Position numbers and translations under genes: made by a program
From: a virus
Direction: 5' to 3' (one strand)
Virus record (IMG/VR): IMGVR_UViG_3300045988_092720
Length of the DNA: 64,000 nucleotides
The notes under the pieces: model-generated
Told to the model about the DNA's origin: nothing
Seen by the model: the letters and a program-made list of their open reading frames with translations, nothing else
Databases searched by the model: none
In this document: piece by piece, positions 27,801-36,529 of the stretch
How positions within the stretch are numbered: the first letter of the stretch is position 1
Layout of the letters: every line of letters starts with the position of its first letter

Positions 27801-30800
27801 TTTACGTGCCATAGATGATGGAGATTGTAACATTTTACGGAACCATGCAAAAGATATACCGTCTTCTGATGGATTGATACGCTCAATAATACCACCGCCA
27901 TTTTCCATAATGTCAGCAAGTAATTTTTGTTCAGCTTGGTCAATTCTGTCATTCTTTCTAATTGAATAATCAGTATCTTGCTTAATTTTTGCCAAAACTT
28001 TTGCGATAGGGGCTTCAGGTGTTGTAGTAGCACGATTACGTTGGTGTAATGTATCTAGTTTTTGTACACGTTTTCTATCCGCTAAAGCATCTTGGAAATG
28101 CTCTCTAATTTGTTGTTCACTAAAGATATTTGTATTACCATATGAGAACATTTCATTAATAAACGAATAATATTTTTGGTCTAGTTGTGGATTATTACCA
28201 AGTTTTGGTACCACCATAGCAGCTAAGAATAATTTATCTTTAGTGTCCATAGGGCTATTGATAATAGCTTGTGGTACATCTAAAAAGTCATGTGCGTTTT
28301 GGTTAGCCTGAGCTAGACCCATAATTAATTTTAAGCTGTTTGTGTCGCTTTCTGGATTGTTGATGCTTTGAATAAATTGTCTAATTCTTGTTCGTTGTTG
28401 AGATTTTCCAGCGAGTGCATCAAGGTTTTTACGTCCAAATTTTCCTTGATGTGAAACTGTTCCATCTTCACTTTGATTAGAGCCATCTTTACGTACAACT
28501 CCGAATGCTCTTTTAAGATTTTTAGAGGCACGTTGTATAACATCTTCAACAGACTGTGGGTCGTTTTCGCTGACAGATGCAAGTATTTTACCGTTGCCAA
28601 CTGCTCTGTATATTTCGCCTGCAAGTCCTTCATCTTTTTCAAGCTCCTCTCTCATTAAGTCTAATGTATCATTTACTACATTTTTTAAGTCAGCTGTCTT
28701 AGTAAAGTCAGTTGCACTATGTAATAATTCATGTACAAATGTGTCATTTGTTGGTGTAATATTATCACTTGTGATATATAATCGACCAGTAGATGGCATA
28801 TATGCACCATTAAATTTCAACCCTAATGGGTCATTATTTACTAATCTATCAGCTACATAAATCTCTAAATTAGGATGTGTACGAATATAATTTAATATAG
28901 TTACATACGCTTGTTGGTCGCCATTAACTACGTGCATAATAGATTTTAAGATATTACGCATTTCTCCATTTGTAAGTTTACCTAACCCTTTGGAACGGTC
29001 TGCAACCTTTTTCATGATACCCATTTCAATTTCACTAGGTTCATGGAACTTAGCATTTTTGCTATTAGATACTTTCTTGTCGCCTGTTACAGACATTTGA
29101 ATGTCATTAGTTGGCACAATTGTATATGTATCATCATTAATAATAACTTCATAGCCTAAACGAGAAGTAAGGTCTTTGTGAGATTTAAGGTAATTTTTAC
29201 CATTTTGGTCTAGTAAATCAGCATCAATAACAATGCCTTTGTTTTGACGAGCAACTTCCGCTAGTGCATGGAATGCATAGTCAGCAACTTCACTACCGTT
29301 GTTAAATAACGCTGATGGTACATATTCCGCATTAACTATAATTTTACCATCTTTAATTTCACTATCAATAATATCATTCATGGTGATAACACCCATATCA
29401 TATAAGTAACCATCTAATACTTCTTTAAAGTCGTCAGGGTCAATAAATTCTGGCACTTTAATTTCTACTGGGAATTCTTCACCTAGTTTGATATCCATTT
29501 TAATATCTGTGGTATAGATATCACCTTGATAGTTAGGAATAGATGCATGTAAAACTCCGTCTTTATAAGCACTCAATCGTAAAGCCGTAGACACTTGATT
29601 TTTTGTCTTTTTGTCTTTTAATTTTTCTTCTGTGATTTTAGAGTTTTTGCTAATGCGGTCATCCATAACCTCTGTAACAACGTCTTTGATTTCACTATAT
29701 ACACGTTTAGCTAATGGAGAATTAATATTATGTAGACGTGGTGCACCATTTGGGAATAGTTTCTTGGCACCTACTCTGCCAGCCATTGATTTATATTTGT
29801 TCTCATTACCAATAGCAGGATAAAGATGTACTGCACGATTGACTAATCTACCTAGCAAATGGTCGCCATTTGGATTGTCAAGTTCTTCCATCAACTTATC
29901 CATGCCAATAGCTTTAACACGTGTCAAACCTTTTTGAAGTGCGTTAAGAATGATAAAATTACGCATTCTATCATATCGACTAGCTTGCGTAACATCTGAA
30001 ATATTATAATCTTTGTCGAACCATAAACGAATATTTTCATCAAAATGACTAGGGCTATTCAAGAAAGCATTCAATACAACTTGAGGTATTTTTACTTCAC
30101 CACGATTAACAGCTTCCATTAACTCACGTTGAGATGGGATTTTATAATCAGGTACATTATTGAGAATACCCTTCCAAGCTGGAGCATACATTGGTTCTTT
30201 ACGCATTAATTGATTACGCTTAGCAATAATACCGTTGAGTATTTTACGGTATTCAGACTTGGAAATAAATGGATGACTATGTAAATATTGAATAGCATCG
30301 GCAATACTATTAATAATATCCATATGTTTTTCCATAACCGCTTGTTCATCTTTAATATTATCACTAATGTCGATATCACCAGTATCTTCGTTCGCTTGAT
30401 GTTTCAAATATTCTCTGAATGCCTGTTTCTCTTTTTTACCTTTATCCGTTTCCATTTGCAAGTCATCAACCATTTTTAATGCATCGACTTCGTTGATTTG
30501 TCCGCCACTTTGGATTTGAGATTTTAATTCAGCTAATTTTTCAACGTCTCGCATTACAGCTTTTTGGTCGTCAGTGACCATGTCAACAGTTCTAGGACCC
30601 CTAGGTCTAGTTTGTTTTTTAGGTTTTGGTTGGGCTGGATTTAAGCCTAGTCGTTCTTCATATGGAGTAACAATAGGTTCTTCGCCTGTAGGATTGTCAT
30701 GTTCGATAGTTTCTGTGTGGTCTTTTTTAACTGGTCTTGCTTCCCATTTTTTATTTGGGTTTGGTACAATAACATTATACGGACCAATATTACCACCAAG

Positions 30801-33260
30801 CACATCATTATTTGCATTTCTATATTTTAGAGCCTCTTTAGTGAGTGGCATTTTCATGCCAGTTTCACGACCAGTATGAGATAGATATTGCTGTATTTTC
30901 AATAAACCATCACGTGTTACTCTATCACTATTTAGATAATCGGCAATCATTTGGTCATCACCAGCGATATTACGGTCAGATGTTGCTAATTGTGTGTTAT
31001 TAACAACTTTTTCTGGCGTGCCATTCGGACGTACTGCAACTTGTGAGTTTTTTCTACGTGTTTCTTCTGCACTACGTTTAGCTTCATCAATGTTAGCTTG
31101 TAACATTCTGCGTTCGTTAGTAGTTAAGATTTTACGTACGTTATCAAATTGAGGTCCAGTAACATCAATACCATTTGCACCTAAAGTAATAAGTGTATCT
31201 TTGATTTTACTAGCAAGAGCGTGTTTTGCTGGTAAATAATTTGCATCATCTTTTGGAGGAAGTGTATTAATTACTTCTTCCATTTTTTCAGCAACATCAC
31301 GGTTTTCGATATAGCTTTTAGCACTGTCCTGTGTACGCTCTGTATTATCCATGTGTTTAACATAGTTTGTAATACGACCAAGCTCTTCATTTGTATAGCC
31401 ATTTCTTGATTTAATACCAGCTTTAGCTAAATAGTTACGTGGGTTTTTGGCTTGTTCATTGCGTCGAATATCAGAGCTATTAGCATCACGTTTACGTGCT
31501 TGCATTGCATTATGTACACGATACGCTGCATCTCTTGCTTTGATTGGGTTATCTTTATATTCATGCTCAAAGTATGTTTTATTTGGAGAATTCTCATATC
31601 GTTCATTATGATATGCATTTCTACGTTCATTAATAGCATCAAGCTGAGCTTGGAAAGCATTCTGCTTTTCTCTTTCTTGAATTCTATTTGTAATATCACG
31701 CACAGATGTTTGGTCAGGGTTTTCACGTTCAAGGTTAGAGCGTTCTGCTTCTGTTAATTCAATACCAAGTCTATCAGCTTTTTCAGCAAGAGTTTCTTCT
31801 TGTGGTTGCTCCTGAACAGATGGTTCTTCTACTACTTCATTAGAACGTGTCATATCTTCATATAAACTACGAGAAAGTAAATTTGCTTCTTTGTTGGTAA
31901 AACCTAAATTAGCAAAGTTCTCAGCAAACATACGAGGAGATAAATCTTCAGCAGTTTTATCACCATGCAAGCCCATAATATTAGCACGCTCATCTTGTAC
32001 AGCTTCCATTGCTGCCGCATAGTCTTCTGGTGCTTTTTTATTCAATACTTGGTTTACAGAATTAGCGAAAGAACTTTCTTCCATCATTGGGGAATATGAA
32101 GCGTTAGAAATATCATCAACCTCTGTATTACCAAGAGGTGTATTATCAATAAATGTAGGTTCTTCAGCAACGATATCGCCTAAACCATCGTTTTGAACTA
32201 TAGGTCCTGCACTATCAGCAATAACATCTTCAGTTGATGTTAAGCCAGCCATTTCGTCAGCTTTATTTATGATTTTATTAGAAGCACCACGAACAGCACC
32301 ACCTACACCGCCTACAGCCATGGAGATGTTAAATGCGTCCTGTGCTGCCATATTCATATCATTGGTCCATGTAGATGGGTCTAACATAGATACTTGGTCA
32401 TAGCCCTCTTGACCTTTAATACGACCTTCAATAGCTTGTTGCCATGCTTCTGTATAGCCTTCTACTGCACTGTTAGCTGCATTACTAAGTAAACCTTTAA
32501 CCATTAGTTTACCGCCGTCTTTAGCAAATGCACTAGCTAACATGCCAACCTTACCAGATACACCGATACGGTCAGCTGCATAATCTAACATTGCAGGTCC
32601 CCAACCCTCACTCATAGATTGTCTAAAAGCATCACCTGCTACATCTGTGCCATACCCTGCATTACGATAATCATTGTAAATAGAGCCAGCATTTTGTACG
32701 TTCTCAAGACCAGAACCTACTGCAAGTTCTGTACCGTATTTAGCTACTTTACTTAAACCAGTAGCAACAGAGCCAGCTAATCCCTCAGATACGCCAGCTC
32801 TTGCTAATAAACCACCAATTTTACCTGCGTTTAAAATACCAGCAGTAGTACCGCCTGTAGACATAGCCATAGCTACTTGCGGAACGACATTACCGACAAA
32901 TTGACCACCTTGAGCCGCCCAATAGTGAGGATTTGTAACTTTATCTCCCCATGATAAATCAGCAGTATCTGGGATTGTACTTCTGTAAGCTGCTAGATTA
33001 GAATAGTAATTAGCTTCGTTTTCAGTTTTCCCACGTAGCCATTGTGCTGTATCGCTGTCAGATAGGGATAATCCATAAGATACCGCACCTAACATATCAG
33101 AACCTAAGCGGTCTAAACCAGCACTAAAGTTACCTACAAATTCATCAGCAATGCCATCATAATGTGCCTTGCCCATATAATCATATCCAAGAGTAGCAAG
33201 GTTATTACGATACTGGGCATCAGCATTTCTACTGGCTAACCCGTCTGTCCAATTTGCCAT
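24879..33260 (-). CDS. giant virion protein (2793 aa), either tape-measure-like or an ejected internal protein, with HEXXH motif
   Basis: 8.4-kb uninterrupted ORF; Gly/Ala-rich N-terminus; VHELLHSATDF (HEXXH at 28719-28733); Gly/Met-rich hydrophobic C-terminal segments; sits between the tail-lysozyme gene and the endolysin. Confidence 0.6.
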   Translation of the reverse strand: MANWTDGLASRNADAQYRNNLATLGYDYMGKAHYDGIADEFVGNFSAGLDRLGSDMLGAVSYGLSLSDSDTAQWLRGKTENEANYYSNLAAYRSTIPDTADLSWGDKVTNPHYWAAQGGQFVGNVVPQVAMAMSTGGTTAGILNAGKIGGLLARAGVSEGLAGSVATGLSKVAKYGTELAVGSGLENVQNAGSIYNDYRNAGYGTDVAGDAFRQSMSEGWGPAMLDYAADRIGVSGKVGMLASAFAKDGGKLMVKGLLSNAANSAVEGYTEAWQQAIEGRIKGQEGYDQVSMLDPSTWTNDMNMAAQDAFNISMAVGGVGGAVRGASNKIINKADEMAGLTSTEDVIADSAGPIVQNDGLGDIVAEEPTFIDNTPLGNTEVDDISNASYSPMMEESSFANSVNQVLNKKAPEDYAAAMEAVQDERANIMGLHGDKTAEDLSPRMFAENFANLGFTNKEANLLSRSLYEDMTRSNEVVEEPSVQEQPQEETLAEKADRLGIELTEAERSNLERENPDQTSVRDITNRIQEREKQNAFQAQLDAINERRNAYHNERYENSPNKTYFEHEYKDNPIKARDAAYRVHNAMQARKRDANSSDIRRNEQAKNPRNYLAKAGIKSRNGYTNEELGRITNYVKHMDNTERTQDSAKSYIENRDVAEKMEEVINTLPPKDDANYLPAKHALASKIKDTLITLGANGIDVTGPQFDNVRKILTTNERRMLQANIDEAKRSAEETRRKNSQVAVRPNGTPEKVVNNTQLATSDRNIAGDDQMIADYLNSDRVTRDGLLKIQQYLSHTGRETGMKMPLTKEALKYRNANNDVLGGNIGPYNVIVPNPNKKWEARPVKKDHTETIEHDNPTGEEPIVTPYEERLGLNPAQPKPKKQTRPRGPRTVDMVTDDQKAVMRDVEKLAELKSQIQSGGQINEVDALKMVDDLQMETDKGKKEKQAFREYLKHQANEDTGDIDISDNIKDEQAVMEKHMDIINSIADAIQYLHSHPFISKSEYRKILNGIIAKRNQLMRKEPMYAPAWKGILNNVPDYKIPSQRELMEAVNRGEVKIPQVVLNAFLNSPSHFDENIRLWFDKDYNISDVTQASRYDRMRNFIILNALQKGLTRVKAIGMDKLMEELDNPNGDHLLGRLVNRAVHLYPAIGNENKYKSMAGRVGAKKLFPNGAPRLHNINSPLAKRVYSEIKDVVTEVMDDRISKNSKITEEKLKDKKTKNQVSTALRLSAYKDGVLHASIPNYQGDIYTTDIKMDIKLGEEFPVEIKVPEFIDPDDFKEVLDGYLYDMGVITMNDIIDSEIKDGKIIVNAEYVPSALFNNGSEVADYAFHALAEVARQNKGIVIDADLLDQNGKNYLKSHKDLTSRLGYEVIINDDTYTIVPTNDIQMSVTGDKKVSNSKNAKFHEPSEIEMGIMKKVADRSKGLGKLTNGEMRNILKSIMHVVNGDQQAYVTILNYIRTHPNLEIYVADRLVNNDPLGLKFNGAYMPSTGRLYITSDNITPTNDTFVHELLHSATDFTKTADLKNVVNDTLDLMREELEKDEGLAGEIYRAVGNGKILASVSENDPQSVEDVIQRASKNLKRAFGVVRKDGSNQSEDGTVSHQGKFGRKNLDALAGKSQQRTRIRQFIQSINNPESDTNSLKLIMGLAQANQNAHDFLDVPQAIINSPMDTKDKLFLAAMVVPKLGNNPQLDQKYYSFINEMFSYGNTNIFSEQQIREHFQDALADRKRVQKLDTLHQRNRATTTPEAPIAKVLAKIKQDTDYSIRKNDRIDQAEQKLLADIMENGGGIIERINPSEDGISFAWFRKMLQSPSSMARKLIPELKPIIKEAYVAARTYRRKKTEYVQLLDKQFADLDVKNGEDKKMNELLGEVDKRGREFAQPVAVNLNGELKYAIIKPEDTFTEFGLADDKRMRKFVKAEREKGNHVYIGVNKDVYQVISSKENIPSYKDKANANKVAMEMSKAYAKHLGYSERLWDKYVGIRQVLNQIHKDVNDNQVSRGKDPSADLWGYIPREHKRYGVYKMEVKYSPETGRYYPQYTVLTSFDTEADANKYVDSRPVEKGVGYMTIRRERYQADASKSYDGYYSNLTDEEAELHKVYERMSDEDAAALFNRVQGNYTETKKFIDHFLKGKDKSMTYDDFQNLINNKERMKELGLDYKKLQKEAGMANFEKLLKKDKDGVLTHDNVSAYLYRSSGAQMWNKHNLKRAGVLGHNEDHIKAIYHYANTQAKYQGNAPFLDFATRYYEQVYGENYEKQYGRNGTGAKNARQDIVHNYIQRVIGAPNNTDKVLNTIGREIPFIGAYMTKHMGDNWVTTLLNRNMQAMAVFKLGVFRPTAAIAQFGTLANVAALTGFTPQLKYAMQQAGKSGKNGKYGQLFDDLEVYEESASQASEFLDSGDYRRITIGGVKFGKLFDLSMKGFMKADAYTRKVAAIHAYEEYAAKHGLDTTDLHTKNPEAYKKAMEYAKDFVVKTNFDYTDIDSPQLFTKFGTLGKTILQFKKFGVKEAEFLFTAFKGPDGSIDYKGLSRFIGITMGMAGFMGLPFMSAGDDMLKWLTGKGLTDRTKDVLYDWAGKDQTKQRIAMMAIMGAPSMFGVDFSRNVGFGDLTPSSGSELLGPTLSTYGALGDVARNSHDWRDVVTGVSHALSPQLGNFYQAYTGNMRDWKNAENKGAYTSEERFMKLLGFRPVRESIENDLAYRLTMANQELKDGKKEAINDFLRDPSPENKQRIKDFGVTGKQLRDARELKQMSAIDKANKYLPKKSSVEADKVKEQANVYNTFVDGLYDGIEEE

Positions 33261-33275
33261 TTAGTTCACTCCTTT

Positions 33276-34634
33276 TTATCCTGTATAAGCGGTTTGTTTT
33301 TCAACCCCCCATGCTTTAGCTTTAGCATCTTGGTCATACTTTTGCCAACCTAATACAGTTTGAATAGCATCTCTACCCTCTACTGTATCTTTATAAGGGG
33401 ATAATTTATCAATAATTTGTTGAGTTGTTTTTGTAACATTACCATTCCAGCCATCGTAGGAAGTTTGTGCCCAGTCAGCATCAGATGCTTCTGTGAACAT
33501 ACCTTGACCCTCTGCTAAGATTTTAGCAATGTCTTTTTGATGTGCAATAGTAGCACGTGGTTGACCCTCAGCATCTAAATACGAACCATCAGGTAGTTTA
33601 CTACCAGCTCCAGAACGAGCACCTGCTCTAATACTCGCTGTAGATAATGCTTGTTGCATTTTCATATTTTGTAATGCCTTTTGTTGTTCAAACTGCATAT
33701 TTGCCAATTCTTTTTTCTGAGCAAACGCTGTTTGTTGGTCTTGCAATGCTTGTTGACGTTTCATGTTAGCTAATGCCATTTGATTACTGTTCATGTAACG
33801 GTCAGCCATTGGGTCTAAACGTACACCTAAAGATGCACCTAGACTAGCTAACATTTTACTATTAGAGCTATTATGACTATTAGCAATCATTTGAGCTAGT
33901 TGACCTGCATTAGTTAATTTCTGTGTATTATTAGCTGTATTAGCCGCCGATACTGCTTGGTTTACTAATGCTTTCATTTGGTCAGCATTGTTTTTACTTA
34001 ATGCAGTTCCCATTTCTCCAAAGTAAGAGGAATTACGTAAGCCAGCAATTCTACCAGCTTGTGTTGCACGAGCAGCTTCTACTTCTGGACTAGCCACTTG
34101 ATAGTTCATTAAAGTTTGAATTTTATCCCAATCAAGTTTTTCATTTGGGTCATCAAATGCAAAACCCTGTGCATTTGGGTTATTATTTTGTAACCTCACC
34201 ATTGACGTAGGCGAGCCTGCTTGAGAAAATGCCTCACGTGCTGCATTTGTTCTGTGAGATAAATCAGTATCTGCACTCTTTTCAAAGTTATCATGGAACC
34301 ATACAGCAGCTTCTTCTGGTGTTTGCAGTTGGTTGAGTGCATTGATGCCTTCTGGACCAAGCTCTTTTAACATGTATTGGATTTGAGCCTCTGGTGTACC
34401 AGAAGAAATACCTAAAGACTTGGCAAATTCTGCCAAGCCTCTTTGTCTACCTTCGTCGGTCCATTGGAATAAACCGTAACCATGTGTACCATTAATAGGT
34501 ATTTCATTTGCACTGCCACCACCTTGAATAATAGTTGGGTCCATATTAGACTCCATCATACTATTACCAATAATGCCAGCTGCTGCCGCAGGAGTTAGTC
34601 CGTAACCTTGGAGCAATCCCATGTAGTCAGACAT
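33276..34634 (-). CDS. phage tail/tip lysozyme-like protein (N-terminal muramidase-like domain + Q/N-rich region)
   Basis: N-terminal GIIGNSMMESNMDPT...GTHGYGLFQWTD resembles the phage tail lysozyme family. Confidence 0.45.
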   Translation of the reverse strand: MSDYMGLLQGYGLTPAAAAGIIGNSMMESNMDPTIIQGGGSANEIPINGTHGYGLFQWTDEGRQRGLAEFAKSLGISSGTPEAQIQYMLKELGPEGINALNQLQTPEEAAVWFHDNFEKSADTDLSHRTNAAREAFSQAGSPTSMVRLQNNNPNAQGFAFDDPNEKLDWDKIQTLMNYQVASPEVEAARATQAGRIAGLRNSSYFGEMGTALSKNNADQMKALVNQAVSAANTANNTQKLTNAGQLAQMIANSHNSSNSKMLASLGASLGVRLDPMADRYMNSNQMALANMKRQQALQDQQTAFAQKKELANMQFEQQKALQNMKMQQALSTASIRAGARSGAGSKLPDGSYLDAEGQPRATIAHQKDIAKILAEGQGMFTEASDADWAQTSYDGWNGNVTKTTQQIIDKLSPYKDTVEGRDAIQTVLGWQKYDQDAKAKAWGVEKQTAYTG

Positions 34635-34642
34635 AGTACCTC

Positions 34643-35101
34643 CTATTTAATATTTTGTGTTAAACCACCATATGCTTGCCAATAATTAGGAAAATCTTGA
34701 TAGTTTTGGTCATGTACTCGCAAACCTTGGTTAGCTTGACCGTAACCTTTAATGTAATCAATCGCACCAGTGTTATTTGTTAAAGCACCATCAATTGTGT
34801 CGGCATTTAAGCCAAATGCATTACGATACCCACGACCAGCTAAATCAGCTTGAATACCTAATGCTTGTTGCTGTAATCCTTTATTAGTAGCATATTCTGG
34901 GTTTTGATATAAACCTTGTAAGTTTGTTAAGCCAGATGTAAAACCTTGTTGACGAGCCAATTCTTCTTTTTGTGCTTGGTTATTAGCCTCACGCAAAGCA
35001 CCTCTATCAAGTCGGTTATTAAACATCATACCACCGATAAGACCTGCTAATTTCCCTAATTGGGTTTGCCAATCGTTATCTTGTGTTTGAATTACTTGCA
35101 T
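34643..35101 (-). CDS. Q/N/G-rich hypothetical virion protein (152 aa)
   Basis: Low-complexity Q/N/G-rich ORF. Confidence 0.4.
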   Translation of the reverse strand: MQVIQTQDNDWQTQLGKLAGLIGGMMFNNRLDRGALREANNQAQKEELARQQGFTSGLTNLQGLYQNPEYATNKGLQQQALGIQADLAGRGYRNAFGLNADTIDGALTNNTGAIDYIKGYGQANQGLRVHDQNYQDFPNYWQAYGGLTQNIK

Positions 35102-35110
35102 ATTTACCTC

Positions 35111-36166
35111 CTAAAACGACTCTGCGTAAATGCCCTCTGCCAAGAACATATTGTCGTCTGTGTCTAATACTAATTCATAGACTTCTTCTTTATCATCAGT
35201 TTCAAGAATGAATGCGACCTTTTCAAAGCCATCAGCCGTCTCCACTCTATCTTTACTTGTAATTTCAGATAAAGCCTTGCGACCATTCTTCGTTTGAAAC
35301 ACCTCTGTATCAGTTGTGCGAAGTTTATGATTAGTCGTAACGAGTAAGAAGATAGGTTGGATACCCATGTTTCTGTTTTCTGTTACAGTTGCTTCCCCAT
35401 TGCGTGTTTTAACTTTATCTCCCTCTTGTACTTCAACAATTGGTTTTTCTGTTCCATCAGCCATTGTAACCAATACATAACGAGGGAAGCATGCAATGAT
35501 TGAACCAGCTAAGGATAATGCACCACCTAAGAAGCCACCACTAGAAGATTGAGTTGCGAATGTTCTACCATTATTCAACTGACCTTGAGTTTGTAATGCT
35601 TGGTTAGTGGATTGGCTTTGACCCTGTGCCAAAGACAAAGAGTTTTGTACAGGAGTAAACGATGCTTGATGTGCTTTCTGTGCGTATTCGATAGGGGTAG
35701 AAGCATATTTCATACGTTGGTCCATTAAGCCAGCCGCTGTTTTCAAGTTATTATCATAATCCTGAGACATTTGTGATGCAAAGTTCTTTTGCACGTCATT
35801 TGTAGTTGTATTAAATCTGGAGCTATCAATAACACCACGTTGAGCTAGAGATGCTAAATTCTTACCCATTGTATTTTCATACATGCGATTAAAGTAATTT
35901 TGTTTTGCATTTGCAAATACATCTGGTAAAATACCTTGGCTAAGAGGAGTAAACTCGTTCTTAATTTGTTGCATTTCGGCTGTTTGGTCATTATATAATT
36001 TTTGCCAATCAGGTGTAACAATATTACCAATTTGATTTGTACCATAATTTACTAACGCATCAATACTGGGTTGAATAGAGTCTAGGTATCTCCCTTGTAA
36101 CGCTATTAGATGGCGTTCTTCTGGTGTTAGTTGTCGCTCATGAATAGTGGTTTTAGACTTACCCAT
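35111..36166 (-). CDS. virion-module protein with C-terminal Hint (Hedgehog/intein-like) autoprocessing domain
   Basis: Residues 226-351 open with CFPRYVLVTMADGTEKPIVEVQEGDKV (Hint block A, Cys1) and carry the TxxH block (VTTNHKL); the N-terminal part is Q/N-rich. Confidence 0.55.
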   Translation of the reverse strand: MGKSKTTIHERQLTPEERHLIALQGRYLDSIQPSIDALVNYGTNQIGNIVTPDWQKLYNDQTAEMQQIKNEFTPLSQGILPDVFANAKQNYFNRMYENTMGKNLASLAQRGVIDSSRFNTTTNDVQKNFASQMSQDYDNNLKTAAGLMDQRMKYASTPIEYAQKAHQASFTPVQNSLSLAQGQSQSTNQALQTQGQLNNGRTFATQSSSGGFLGGALSLAGSIIACFPRYVLVTMADGTEKPIVEVQEGDKVKTRNGEATVTENRNMGIQPIFLLVTTNHKLRTTDTEVFQTKNGRKALSEITSKDRVETADGFEKVAFILETDDKEEVYELVLDTDDNMFLAEGIYAESF

Positions 36167-36529
36167 CTAAACCTCCTTCGTGAAATAGTAATAAGTGCCA
36201 TTTTTATTTGTACGTTCTTCATAAGAACATTTGGCTAATCTTGCATATGCTTTAGGATTGCGACTGTCAGTATAAGAAGCTATTCGTTTTAATCCTAATT
36301 TTTTAGCCATACTATGAATGCCTTTAAATCCTTCAATCATTGGGACCCCACACCCAATATCTATTTCTAAGGTATCGCCTATGATACCAAATGTTAAGAA
36401 AGAACCATCCTCTCTTAACCATACCATTGGGTGTAGCTCATAATCCCAGTCGTCTAGGTAATGTCTACCTACACGCCTTTTATATTCATCAATATGTTTT
36501 TGTATATTAGCTGTAAGGGCTACCGCCAT
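36167..36529 (-). CDS. hypothetical protein (120 aa)
   Basis: ORF. Confidence 0.4.
   Translation of the reverse strand: MAVALTANIQKHIDEYKRRVGRHYLDDWDYELHPMVWLREDGSFLTFGIIGDTLEIDIGCGVPMIEGFKGIHSMAKKLGLKRIASYTDSRNPKAYARLAKCSYEERTNKNGTYYYFTKEV

Noticed and set aside
24943-31757. Many 60-120-aa ORFs on the + strand inside the giant gene (for example 26146..26346, 27736..27969, 30574..30879, 31452..31757)
   Set aside because: All are antisense to the uninterrupted 2793-aa ORF, with no RBSs; shadows expected from an AT-rich long gene.
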